Source: Deltaproteobacteria bacterium
GTDB taxonomy: Bacteria > Desulfobacterota_D > UBA1144 > Nemesobacterales > CSP1-2
Reading direction: 5' to 3'
NCBI GenBank assembly: GCA_052390235.1
Contig: JBQTHB010000005.1
Span: 128,001-192,000, forward strand
Length of the DNA: 64,000 bases
Shown here: positions 49,159-58,413 of the stretch, piece by piece
Layout: every line of letters begins with the position of its first letter
Numbering within the stretch: position 1 is the first letter of the stretch
The notes under the pieces: model-generated
Database searches by the model: none
What the model saw: only the letters and a program-made list of their open reading frames with translations
What the model was told of the DNA's origin: nothing
Position numbers and translations under genes: made by a program

Positions 49159-49168
49159 CGGTCGCCTG

Positions 49169-50098
49169 ATGATAAAATTCATTCTACGGCGCGTTCTGAC
49201 CGGGGCTTTAGTCGTGTTTACGGTGGCGACCATCACGTTTTTTCTGCTCCGCGTACTGCCCGGAGGCCCGTTTGACGCCGAGAAAAAACTCCCCCCCATT
49301 ATACTCAAAAACATCGAAAAAATATATAGCCTCGACAAACCCCTTTGGAGCCAGTACACAGGTTACCTCTCGAATCTGGCGCGATTCGATTTTGGTCCCT
49401 CCTATAAGTACGTTGACAGGTCGGTAAACGAGGTCATTGAACAGACCCTGCCGGTTTCGCTAAAACTGGGGCTGGCGGCTCTCCTCGTGTCCGTCCTTCT
49501 GGGGACTGTCGTCGGGACGATTTCAGCCACTCGCCCAAGAGGGGCGTTTGATTTCATCTCGGTTTCCTTTGCAACGGCGCTTGTTTCCGTGCCGAGCTTC
49601 GTGCTTGGGGCGGCGCTCATATATTTTCTCTCTCTACAGCTCGGATGGTTTCCGGCGGCACTCTGGGGAAGGGCGGAGCATTATGTGCTTCCCGCGCTGA
49701 CCCTTGCTGGAGGGCCAACGGCGTACCTTGCGCGCCTGACGCGAGGGAGTATGCTGGAGGTGCGCGAGACTCTATTCGTGAGGACGGCGCGGGCGAAGGG
49801 GCTTGGGGAGATAACAATTACCGTAAAGCACACGCTCCGAAACGCCCTAATCCCCGTAGTTACAGTGCTTGGGCCCATTTCGGCGTATCTCATTACAGGC
49901 TCTTTTGTGGTGGAACATATTTTCGCCGTCCCAGGGATGGGGCGTTTTTTTGTCTTCGCCGTCTCGAACAGGGATTATCCGCTCGTGATGGGAATCACCA
50001 TTGTCTATACAATAATTCTCGTGCTGGCAAATCTCGTTGTTGACCTGCTTTATGTCTGGCTCGACCCGCGAATAAAGTTCGATAAGGGCAGGCATTAG
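49169..50098 (+). CDS. oppB: Oligopeptide ABC transporter permease, OppB-like
   Basis: PGGPF, DFGPSY, RTARAKGL (EAA loop), HTLRNAL, NRDYPLVMG, LDPRI. Confidence 0.92.
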   Translation: MIKFILRRVLTGALVVFTVATITFFLLRVLPGGPFDAEKKLPPIILKNIEKIYSLDKPLWSQYTGYLSNLARFDFGPSYKYVDRSVNEVIEQTLPVSLKLGLAALLVSVLLGTVVGTISATRPRGAFDFISVSFATALVSVPSFVLGAALIYFLSLQLGWFPAALWGRAEHYVLPALTLAGGPTAYLARLTRGSMLEVRETLFVRTARAKGLGEITITVKHTLRNALIPVVTVLGPISAYLITGSFVVEHIFAVPGMGRFFVFAVSNRDYPLVMGITIVYTIILVLANLVVDLLYVWLDPRIKFDKGRH

Positions 50099-50383
50099 AT
50101 TTATCTAGCGCGAGGAGGCAGGGGAATAAAGCCGGAGACTCTACCTTGGGCGTCAGATGCCTAGAGAGGCAGAGGAATCTCATCGAAAATTTCTCGCCCA
50201 TGGGCAAGCTGAGTACAAGTTTGAGCGGAGTCGAACTCTGGATTCCTGTAGCGCCAAAGAAGTGGGTAGAACTGTGAGTAAGTATCAGGTTAAAATCCGC
50301 GAGCCATTTATCTCGAGAATTAAATTTGACTTAAATGCTATGGGTACGCAATCCGAGCCGTGAGCGCGAAAGTAGGACAGCCG

Positions 50384-51118
50384 ATGCGAAACATCAGACT
50401 CATCATCGAATACGACGGCACGAATTACCTAGGGTGGCAGAGGCAACCCCAAGGGGCTACGGTTCAGCAGGTTATTGAAGAGGCTATCTTTAAAATCACA
50501 GGAGAGGCGGCAACCCTCTTCGGCTCAGGCAGAACCGACTCCGGCGTCCACGCCATCGCCCAAGCCGCAAATTTCAGAACCGAAAGCCTCATTGCGGCGG
50601 TAAATATCGAGATGGGGCTAAATTCAATCCTCCCGGATGATATATCCATTGCCCGCGCCGAGGAGGTTTCAGCCAATTTTCACGCTCAATTCGACGCCCG
50701 AAGCAAGACCTATCTGTACAGAATCCTAAACAGAGGCAACCGCTCGGCTCTGCTAAGGCGAAGGGTTTGGCAGATTCCTCACGCGCTTGATGTAGCGAAA
50801 ATGGCTGAAGCGGCGGAAATTCTATTGGGGGAGCATGATTTCCGCGTCTTTGCCCTCGCCGGATGGGGGGTGAGAACTACGGCGCGAACGGTTCTTAGGG
50901 CTGATTTCGAGCGCGTAGAAGATGAAATTCGGTTTGAGATAGAAGCCACGGGGTTTCTCAAGGGGATGGTTAGATTAATCGTGGGTACGCTCGCTCAGGT
51001 GGGAAGAGGGAGAATCACGCCGGAGGATTTTCACCGAATTTTGGATTTGGGAGCGAAAACCAAGCACGTCCACTCAGCCCCCGCGCGGGGACTCTATCTC
51101 AAAGAGGTCAAATACTGA
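50384..51118 (+). CDS. truA: tRNA pseudouridine(38-40) synthase
   Basis: YDGTNYLGWQRQ, GRTDSGVHA, GFLKGMVR, APARGL. Confidence 0.96.
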   Translation: MRNIRLIIEYDGTNYLGWQRQPQGATVQQVIEEAIFKITGEAATLFGSGRTDSGVHAIAQAANFRTESLIAAVNIEMGLNSILPDDISIARAEEVSANFHAQFDARSKTYLYRILNRGNRSALLRRRVWQIPHALDVAKMAEAAEILLGEHDFRVFALAGWGVRTTARTVLRADFERVEDEIRFEIEATGFLKGMVRLIVGTLAQVGRGRITPEDFHRILDLGAKTKHVHSAPARGLYLKEVKY

Positions 51119-51123
51119 CATCG

Positions 51124-51151
51124 GCGGGGATGGCTAATTAACCATCCCCGC
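51124..51151 (+). terminator. Perfect 10-bp hairpin after truA (no U tract)
   Basis: GCGGGGATGG-CTAATTAA-CCATCCCCGC. Confidence 0.5.
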
Positions 51152-51201
51152 AGGAAATTATTGGATGCGCGCAAACCATTTCCATCGGGTAAATCTTTAA
51201 C

Positions 51202-51230
51202 TTGACATAAATGGCGAATCCGCTTAATAT
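51202..51230 (+). promoter_or_regulatory. Putative sigma70 promoter of the oxidase operon
   Basis: TTGACA-N17-TAATAT. Confidence 0.6.
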
Positions 51231-51369
51231 CTAGCTTGATTTAAGCGGCAGACGGTATTATCCCCTCGCAATCATAGCTCATAAACGTGGTATTTAGGAT
51301 AAATGTGAAGCTATGACCGGCAATTAGAAAGGGGGGTTATCCGCGTGGGAAAATAGGGAAATAGAGCTG

Positions 51370-52191
51370 ATGAATAAAAACCTTTCGGCTTCAGGAAATA
51401 TTCTCAAAGCGGCTTTGTTAATCGCTCTTGCGCTTTATCCCCAATTCGCCAATGCCATCACAAACTCAAACGACGTAAAAGACATCGGGGTTGACGAGAA
51501 GCTCGGCAGTTTTATCCCGCTGGATACGGAATTTCTTGACGAAGACGGCAAAACCGTAAAACTCGCAGATTTCTTTGAAGAGGACAAACCCGTGATACTC
51601 AGCCTCGTCTATTACGGATGCCCTAGGATTTGCACTTTCCTTCTGAACGGGGTCGCCGAGGCGGTAAACGGGCTGTCGTCCCTTTCCCTGGGGAAGGATT
51701 TTAAAATCCTCAGCCTGAGCTTTGATGTCGCCGACACCCCTGAACTTGCGCGGCAGAAAGCCGCAAATTACTACAGAGAGATGAAGGGCGAGCATTCCCC
51801 CAAGGGAAACTGGCGTTTTCTCACGGGCAACGAGGAGAACATCGCCAAACTGACCCAATCCGTAGGCTATAGATACAAAAAAGATGGAGAGGAATTCGCC
51901 CATCCGTCGGCTCTGGTGGTGCTGACACCAAAGGGGAAAATTTCGAGGTACCTTTACGGGCTTCAATACGAGCCCAAAGACATTAACCTCGCCCTGATTG
52001 AAGCGGCTAATGGAAAAATCGGCCCTTCGGAGCTTCTCAATAGGGTTATGCTGTTTTGCTATGAGTTTGATCCGGTGGGCAAGAAATATGCCCTTCAAGC
52101 CCTCAATGTCGTAAAAGCGGGCGGAGTGCTAACGCTTCTGGCATTGACCGGGTTCTTAACTTATTTCTGGAGAAGAGAGAAAAAAAGCTAG
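51370..52191 (+). CDS. SCO1/SenC copper chaperone
   Basis: YYGCPRIC (CxxxC), WRFLTG, FAHP (His), C-terminal TM segment. Confidence 0.92.
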   Translation: MNKNLSASGNILKAALLIALALYPQFANAITNSNDVKDIGVDEKLGSFIPLDTEFLDEDGKTVKLADFFEEDKPVILSLVYYGCPRICTFLLNGVAEAVNGLSSLSLGKDFKILSLSFDVADTPELARQKAANYYREMKGEHSPKGNWRFLTGNEENIAKLTQSVGYRYKKDGEEFAHPSALVVLTPKGKISRYLYGLQYEPKDINLALIEAANGKIGPSELLNRVMLFCYEFDPVGKKYALQALNVVKAGGVLTLLALTGFLTYFWRREKKS

Positions 52192-52208
52192 GGAGGTTAA
52201 AGGTAGAG

Positions 52209-53147
52209 ATGAACTGGCTTCCAGTACAGGCATCGGAATTTGCCGGACGAATTGATAGCGTTATATGGTTTGTAACAATAATCTCGCTAATATCCTTTGT
52301 TCTTGTAACTTTCGGTTTGGTTTACTTCGCTATAAAATATAGGCGCAGAAGCGAAAACGACGAGACGCCGGCTATAACGGGCAGTCATTTTCTTGAGACC
52401 CTTTGGACGGTGATACCCTCGATTTTGGTGATGATTGTTTTCGTCTATGGGCTCGTGATATTTCAAGAGATGAGAGTGCCGCCGAAAGAAGCCACCGACG
52501 TAAGCGTGATAGCAAAGCAGTGGCTATGGCAGTTTCAATATGATAATGGAAGAACAACCATAAACGAGCTTTACGTCCAGCAGAACAGACCCGTGAGAAT
52601 GGTTATGAGAACCGAAGACGTGCTTCACAGCTTCTACGTCCCGGCTTTCAGAGTAAAGCAAGACCTCGTTGGAGGGATGTACACACAGCTTTGGTTCACA
52701 CCCACAAAAGTCGGAATTTACGATATGTACTGCGCCGAGTACTGCGGCACGGGGCATTCAACGATGCTAGCCAAAGTAGTGGTGATGAGCCCCGAGGCGT
52801 TTGAGAGATGGGATAAAGGCGAAGAAGCCGTCGAGGGACAGCTCGTGGCGGACGTCCCCCCAGAGCAATTAGGAGAGAAACTCTACACAAACCGTGGATG
52901 CAACGCCTGCCACAGCATTGACGGCAGCGTCGGCGTCGGTCCATCTTTGAAGGGGCTATTCGGCAAAACCGAGACCATGGTGGACGACGAGCAAATGGCG
53001 GTTGACGAAAATTATCTGAACCAGTCAATACTCGAGCCTCAGGCAAAGATGGTAAAGGGGTTTGCCCCCGTAATGCCTTCGTTTAAAGGAATATTAAGCG
53101 ATAAAGAAGTAGCCGGGCTTATTGCTTATATAAAAACTCTGAAATAA
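52209..53147 (+). CDS. coxB: Cytochrome c oxidase subunit II with fused cytochrome c (caa3)
   Basis: DVLHSF and CAEYCGTGHSTM (CuA), CNACH heme c motif. Confidence 0.96.
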   Translation: MNWLPVQASEFAGRIDSVIWFVTIISLISFVLVTFGLVYFAIKYRRRSENDETPAITGSHFLETLWTVIPSILVMIVFVYGLVIFQEMRVPPKEATDVSVIAKQWLWQFQYDNGRTTINELYVQQNRPVRMVMRTEDVLHSFYVPAFRVKQDLVGGMYTQLWFTPTKVGIYDMYCAEYCGTGHSTMLAKVVVMSPEAFERWDKGEEAVEGQLVADVPPEQLGEKLYTNRGCNACHSIDGSVGVGPSLKGLFGKTETMVDDEQMAVDENYLNQSILEPQAKMVKGFAPVMPSFKGILSDKEVAGLIAYIKTLK

Positions 53148-53175
53148 GTTTTCCAGCTTAGGGAGGGACTTTGTC

Positions 53176-54774
53176 ATGGCACATTCAGTTGCCGAAACCG
53201 CGTATGTTCCGTTTCTGGAGAAAAGGGGAATTGCCTCATGGCTCCTTACGACTGACCACAAGCGGATAGGAATCATGTACCTTACTTCGATAACGCTGTT
53301 TTTTATCCTAGCCGGCATTTCAGCCATTTTAATGCGGCTTGAGCTATTAGCGCCGGGCAAAACGATTGTTGACGCCCACACCTATAACGTGCTTTTCACA
53401 TTTCACGGGACGGTAATGGTTTTCTTCTTCATTGTTCCGGGTCTTGCGGCGAGTTTTGGAAACTTCCTGCTTCCGCTTATGATAGGGGCGCCGGACGTGG
53501 CTTTTCCAAGGCTCAATTTGCTGAGCTACTGGCTATACCTCGCGGGAACGGCGATTCTCTTGGTCTCTTTGTTGACCCCTGCTGATACGGGCTGGACTTT
53601 TTACACCCCATACAGTATTCAAACCGGCGCTAAGATAATTACGCTTACCTCGGGCATATTCGTCCTCGGATTTTCCTCAATTCTCACGGGACTGAACTTC
53701 ATCGTTACAATTCACAAGATGAGAGCGCCTGGGATGACGTGGCACCGGCTTAATTTATTCATCTGGTCGGTTTATGCCACGGCGATTTTGCAGCTCCTCG
53801 CCACTCCGGTTGTGGGAATCACCCTGCTTCTGCTCATCATGGAGAGGGTTTTCGGCATTGGATTCTTCGACCCGGCTAAGGGCGGAGACCCCGTGCTATT
53901 CCAAAACTTCTTCTGGTTCTACTCGCACCCGGCGGTTTATATCATGATTATCCCGGCTTTCGGAGTCGTGGGAGATGTGCTTCCAGTGTTTTCGCGAAAG
54001 CCCATATTCGGCTACAAGGCTATCGCTTATTCGAGCCTCGCCATCGCGCTTATCAGCTTTTTCGTGTGGGCGCATCATATGTTCACAAGCGGCATCTCGG
54101 AAGTGGCGGCAACGATTTTCTCATTCCTCACGTTCCTCGTCGCAATCCCTACGGCTATTAAAGTGTTCAACTGGACGGCAACCCTCTACAGAGGCTCGAT
54201 TCACCTGCACTCGGCTATGCTATATTCGCTGTCGCTTATATTTCTGTTCACCATCGGCGGACTCACTGGGGTGTTCCTCGGAGCGCTCGCCGTGGACGTT
54301 CACCTGCACGACACCTATTTTGTCGTAGCCCATATGCACTACGTCATGATAGGCGGAACGGTTATGGGATTTCTCTCGGCGCTTCATTTCTGGTATCCAA
54401 AGATGTTCGGCAAGATGTTCAACGAAAGAGTCGCCGTCATTGGCTGGTTTTTCATCTTCGTGGGATTCAATGTTACGTTCTTCCCGCAGTTTATCCTCGG
54501 CACCTTGGGTATGCCTCGGCGCTATGCCGACTATCCGGCTGAATTTGAATCGCTCCACGCGCTCTCGACTTACGGCTCGTGGATTCTGCTGATTGGACTC
54601 GTAATCATGTTTGTCAACCTCATCAAAGGGCTATTCAGCGCAGAGAGGGCGACGGATAACCCATATAACTCCGTGTCGCTGGAGTGGCAGGTGCCGTCTC
54701 CGCCTCCGGTCGAGAATTTCGAGAAAATACCCCAGGTTACGAACTATCCTTACACTTACGGCAAGAAGCTATAA
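53176..54774 (+). CDS. coxA: Cytochrome c oxidase subunit I, A2 type
   Basis: DHKRIG, FHG, WFYSHPAVY, WAHHMF, HDTYFVVAHMHY, GMPRR. Confidence 0.98.
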   Translation: MAHSVAETAYVPFLEKRGIASWLLTTDHKRIGIMYLTSITLFFILAGISAILMRLELLAPGKTIVDAHTYNVLFTFHGTVMVFFFIVPGLAASFGNFLLPLMIGAPDVAFPRLNLLSYWLYLAGTAILLVSLLTPADTGWTFYTPYSIQTGAKIITLTSGIFVLGFSSILTGLNFIVTIHKMRAPGMTWHRLNLFIWSVYATAILQLLATPVVGITLLLLIMERVFGIGFFDPAKGGDPVLFQNFFWFYSHPAVYIMIIPAFGVVGDVLPVFSRKPIFGYKAIAYSSLAIALISFFVWAHHMFTSGISEVAATIFSFLTFLVAIPTAIKVFNWTATLYRGSIHLHSAMLYSLSLIFLFTIGGLTGVFLGALAVDVHLHDTYFVVAHMHYVMIGGTVMGFLSALHFWYPKMFGKMFNERVAVIGWFFIFVGFNVTFFPQFILGTLGMPRRYADYPAEFESLHALSTYGSWILLIGLVIMFVNLIKGLFSAERATDNPYNSVSLEWQVPSPPPVENFEKIPQVTNYPYTYGKKL

Positions 54775-54791
54775 AGGAGGGTTAAAATTCA

Positions 54792-55397
54792 ATGTCAGAA
54801 TCAGCAGTGGGACACGGTCATGTTCATCAAATGGACCCGAAGGTTGAGTACGACATATCCAAATTTGGGATGTGGCTCTTCCTTGGGACGGAAATCTTGC
54901 TCTTCGGAGGGCTTTTTGCCGCTTACGCCATTTTCCGCGCCATGTATCCAGAGATGTTTAGCGAACAACACAAGGAGCTAAACGTAACGCTCGGTGCTAT
55001 AAACACCGTAGTGCTTATATTTAGCAGTATGACAATGGCTATAGGCGTGTCGGCGATTAAAAAGGGCAATCGCAACCTCCTAACCTTGATGCTCATCATA
55101 ACCATCATCTGCGGCATTGCCTTCGGTGTTAATAAGTACTTTGAATATGGGGCTAAATTCGACCACCATATAACGCCGGGAACGAGCATATTTTTCGCCA
55201 TCTACTTCATGATGACAGGGCTTCACATGATTCACGTCTTTATAGGTATAGCTTTTCTCAGCACGCTTCTAGTGTTCAACCTCCAGGGCAAGTACTCGGC
55301 TAAGCACAACACCCCGATTGAAATAGGCGGGCTTTACTGGCACTTGGTTGACCTTATTTGGATATATCTATTCCCACTGCTTTATTTAATATCATAG
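54792..55397 (+). CDS. coxC: Cytochrome c oxidase subunit III
   Basis: GMWLFLGTEILLFGGLF, TGLHMIHV, LYWHLVDLIW. Confidence 0.95.
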   Translation: MSESAVGHGHVHQMDPKVEYDISKFGMWLFLGTEILLFGGLFAAYAIFRAMYPEMFSEQHKELNVTLGAINTVVLIFSSMTMAIGVSAIKKGNRNLLTLMLIITIICGIAFGVNKYFEYGAKFDHHITPGTSIFFAIYFMMTGLHMIHVFIGIAFLSTLLVFNLQGKYSAKHNTPIEIGGLYWHLVDLIWIYLFPLLYLIS

Positions 55398-55414
55398 ATG
55401 GAGGCCCATCAATT

Positions 55415-55780
55415 ATGGCGCAACATAAAAAAAACCACTCTCACGGCGGCGCGAAAGGGCAGAGCCACTCCCATACACACGATGAGAATCACGGCGAAGA
55501 ACACCATATAACCGGAAACAGCGTCTATATAGGCGTTTGGATAGCGCTTATGATATTAACCGCGCTTACGGTATGGGTAGCGGGATTCGACTTCGGAGCG
55601 TTTAACGTCGTAGTCGCCCTTGCAATAGCTTCGTTGAAGGCAACAGTAGTGGCTCTGTATTTCATGCACCTTAAATATGAAGACAAGCTCACGTGGGCTT
55701 TTGCCATTTATCCCCTGTTTCTAGTGATGCTCCTGATAGGGCTTACGGCAACCGACGTGTTCTACAGGGTAACGCCTTAA
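55415..55780 (+). CDS. coxD: Cytochrome c oxidase subunit IV with His-rich N-terminus
   Basis: LMILTALTV, KATVVALYFMHLKYE. GGAGG RBS before ATG 55415. Confidence 0.9.
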   Translation: MAQHKKNHSHGGAKGQSHSHTHDENHGEEHHITGNSVYIGVWIALMILTALTVWVAGFDFGAFNVVVALAIASLKATVVALYFMHLKYEDKLTWAFAIYPLFLVMLLIGLTATDVFYRVTP

Positions 55781-55787
55781 GGGTATT

Positions 55788-56642
55788 ATGCTAGGAATAA
55801 TTACAGTCTCGGTTTTTTTTGCGATTCTCGTGTGGGGAAATCTCGTTTCGGGTCTAGGGGTTGGGCTTGCGTGTCCCGATTGGCCCCTCTGCCATGGTCA
55901 GGTGATACCCCCATTCGAGTTCGGTATTTTAATGGAGTGGACTCACAGAAACCTCGCCCTCTTGGGTTCGATTCTCCTTCTGGCGCTCGCCTATAAGCGG
56001 ATTCGCGCATACGCCGGCGCGGCAAAACTGATTCCCGTAGCCGCGTTATTTCTCCTAATATTTCAGATAGTTCTAGGCGGTATGGTGGTTCTCCTCGAGC
56101 TTCCGGTTGACATTACCACGGTTCACTTCGGCAACGCCATAGTGATTTTCGGCTTAATTCTCTACATGGCGTTTTTCGATGGAACGAGGCAAAAGCCCGC
56201 GTTCTCGGTGTCAAAGCAGTCGGGGATTTTCTTTGTTTTCTCGCTCGCGGTGTTCATCCAAGCCATTTTGGGAGCTTACGTGAGGCACTCGGACTCTGGG
56301 CTTGCCTGTCCCGATTTCCCTAAGTGTCTGGGGTTTTGGATTCCGCCTGAGCTTTCGGGAACGGTTCTGACCCACTTCTCTCACCGCACTCTGGGGTATC
56401 TGATTTTTATATTCTCTGTCCTGCTCTACGTTCTATCGTATTCAAATTCAAGGCTCGCGGCAAAACGGTCAAAGATTGCGGCAATTATCGCGCTCATAAT
56501 ATTTCAAATCATCCTCGGCGCGGGGGTTGTGGCATCAAAGCTCCACTACTCCGCCGTGGCGATACATCTGGCAGTCGCCCTTCTTATACTTTCGACCGCC
56601 CTCTACGCATGGTTTCAGAATATGAACGAAACCCGTGTATAA
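55788..56642 (+). CDS. ctaA: Heme A synthase (COX15/CtaA)
   Basis: GLACPDWPLC, EWTHR, VH, GLACPDFPKC, HFSHR, IH. Confidence 0.92.
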   Translation: MLGIITVSVFFAILVWGNLVSGLGVGLACPDWPLCHGQVIPPFEFGILMEWTHRNLALLGSILLLALAYKRIRAYAGAAKLIPVAALFLLIFQIVLGGMVVLLELPVDITTVHFGNAIVIFGLILYMAFFDGTRQKPAFSVSKQSGIFFVFSLAVFIQAILGAYVRHSDSGLACPDFPKCLGFWIPPELSGTVLTHFSHRTLGYLIFIFSVLLYVLSYSNSRLAAKRSKIAAIIALIIFQIILGAGVVASKLHYSAVAIHLAVALLILSTALYAWFQNMNETRV

Positions 56643-56682
56643 TCTCTGTACAAATCCCCCGGCGGCGCGGACGATTTAATAT

Positions 56683-57573
56683 ATGCAACTGAGAAGCAGC
56701 GAAACCCCCTCGATTTTATCCTCGGCGATAGTGCTTTTAAAGCCGAGAATCATCATGAGTGTGGCGTTTACGGGATTCGCCGGAATGGTTCTCGCCTACC
56801 GAGGCATCCCCCCGGCTGATATTACTTTTCTAGCCCTATCGTCCCTTCTCATGAGCGCGGCTGGGGCGGCGGTTTTCAATAACATTCTCGACCGCGAGAT
56901 GGACGTCCTGATGGACAGGCTCAACAACAGAGTCGTCGCCCTTCGCAGAATCGGGGAGAGAGTCTCGGTAATCATGGCTTCCGTGCTGATAATAGTGTCG
57001 CTGTCTATTTCGTTTAAGTACCTGAACCTGACAAACGCCCTTTTAATCATCGCCGCAATTCTGAGCTACGCCGTCCTCTACACGCTCTATTTGAAGCGAA
57101 GCTCCCCGTACGGCACAATCCCCGGCGGGCTTCCCGGGGCGCTTCCCGTCCTCATCGGATACTCGGCGATTAAGCCCAACATCGGGATTGACGGCGTGAT
57201 TTTATTCCTCTTCATGATGCTCTGGCAGCCCCCTCATTTCTGGGCTTTGGCTCAGAAGTACAGAGACGACTACAAACGAGCGGGCGTTCCCGTGATGCCC
57301 GTCGCGCTCGGCGTGAAATACACCAATATTTTGATACTCATCTACTCGATTTCGCTATTTCCGCTTTCGCTGTCGCTTTGGTTCTACGGGTACTGCTCGT
57401 CCTATTACGCAATTGTAGCGATTTTATTCGGCACTCATTTTCAGTACGTCATGATACGTAGCGCGGTCAAAAACTCGGAATACGGCAGGGCGTTTGGCAT
57501 ATCCATTCTCTATATGCTGGTGATAATGACCTCTCTTATAATTGACATCTCAATTGCCGAGCCGCGTCTTTAA
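56683..57573 (+). CDS. ctaB: Protoheme IX farnesyltransferase (heme O synthase)
   Basis: LKPRI, NNILDREMD..MDR..R, YTLYLKR, WQPPHFWAL, DDYKRAGVP. Confidence 0.94.
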   Translation: MQLRSSETPSILSSAIVLLKPRIIMSVAFTGFAGMVLAYRGIPPADITFLALSSLLMSAAGAAVFNNILDREMDVLMDRLNNRVVALRRIGERVSVIMASVLIIVSLSISFKYLNLTNALLIIAAILSYAVLYTLYLKRSSPYGTIPGGLPGALPVLIGYSAIKPNIGIDGVILFLFMMLWQPPHFWALAQKYRDDYKRAGVPVMPVALGVKYTNILILIYSISLFPLSLSLWFYGYCSSYYAIVAILFGTHFQYVMIRSAVKNSEYGRAFGISILYMLVIMTSLIIDISIAEPRL

Positions 57574-57644
57574 TATTCTTGAAAGCGCGTCCAAATTAAG
57601 GCATATTGACATCTCTTAGAATTCACACAAAACAGCGAGATTCA

Positions 57645-58355
57645 ATGCTAAATCACCGCAAGAGAGCCGTATTTTTCGACTTCGGCGACACGCTCGCCTC
57701 GACCACTCCGCCCTACATCGCGAGAATTGGGGCGGCGCTCAGAGAGGCCGGGTACCCCGTAGCGCACAGAGAATTTGAATCAGCCTACCTCAGAGCCGAC
57801 TACAAAATATACGAGAGATATAAATCCAAGGGTCAGGTTTCGCCGCTTGAATACGGGGAGTGGTTCTTTCCCATCCTCTGCGAGATTCTCCGCCTAGAGG
57901 CAGAGCCGTCGGCAATCAGGAGAGACATAAGAGAGGTTCTGAGAGGGAAAACATTTGGCAGGGAAACTCTCAAAGGGGCCATTGAGCTTCTCGAGCATCT
58001 CAAGGGCAGTGGGTTTAGGCTCGGCATAATTTCCAATAACGATGGCAGAACCCACGAAAAATGCGACGAAGTAGAGATTAGAAAATATTTCGACGTCATC
58101 CTAGACTCAACCAACGTTGGGCTAACCAAACCTGATGCCCGAATATTTCAATATGCGCTCGATAAATTAAATCTCGCCGCAGATGATGCCGTACACGTGG
58201 GGGATTTATACGGCTCGGACGCGATGGGCGGGCGAAATGCGGGACTCGAAGTTATATGGCTCAACGCAAGAGGGGTTCAGCCACTCGACCACGCGCCGGT
58301 TATCGAGGTTGGATGCCTGCTGGAGATAAAAACCCTGCTCGGCTCTGGGGGATAG
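57645..58355 (+). CDS. HAD-IA family hydrolase
   Basis: FFDFGDTL, ISN, KPDARIF, HVGD...D..G. Confidence 0.9.
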   Translation: MLNHRKRAVFFDFGDTLASTTPPYIARIGAALREAGYPVAHREFESAYLRADYKIYERYKSKGQVSPLEYGEWFFPILCEILRLEAEPSAIRRDIREVLRGKTFGRETLKGAIELLEHLKGSGFRLGIISNNDGRTHEKCDEVEIRKYFDVILDSTNVGLTKPDARIFQYALDKLNLAADDAVHVGDLYGSDAMGGRNAGLEVIWLNARGVQPLDHAPVIEVGCLLEIKTLLGSGG

Positions 58356-58413
58356 GGGCTAGAGGGATTCGTCAGTCATTGACGCCGCCGCCGAAGAGTT
58401 GCCTGCGGCTTGG

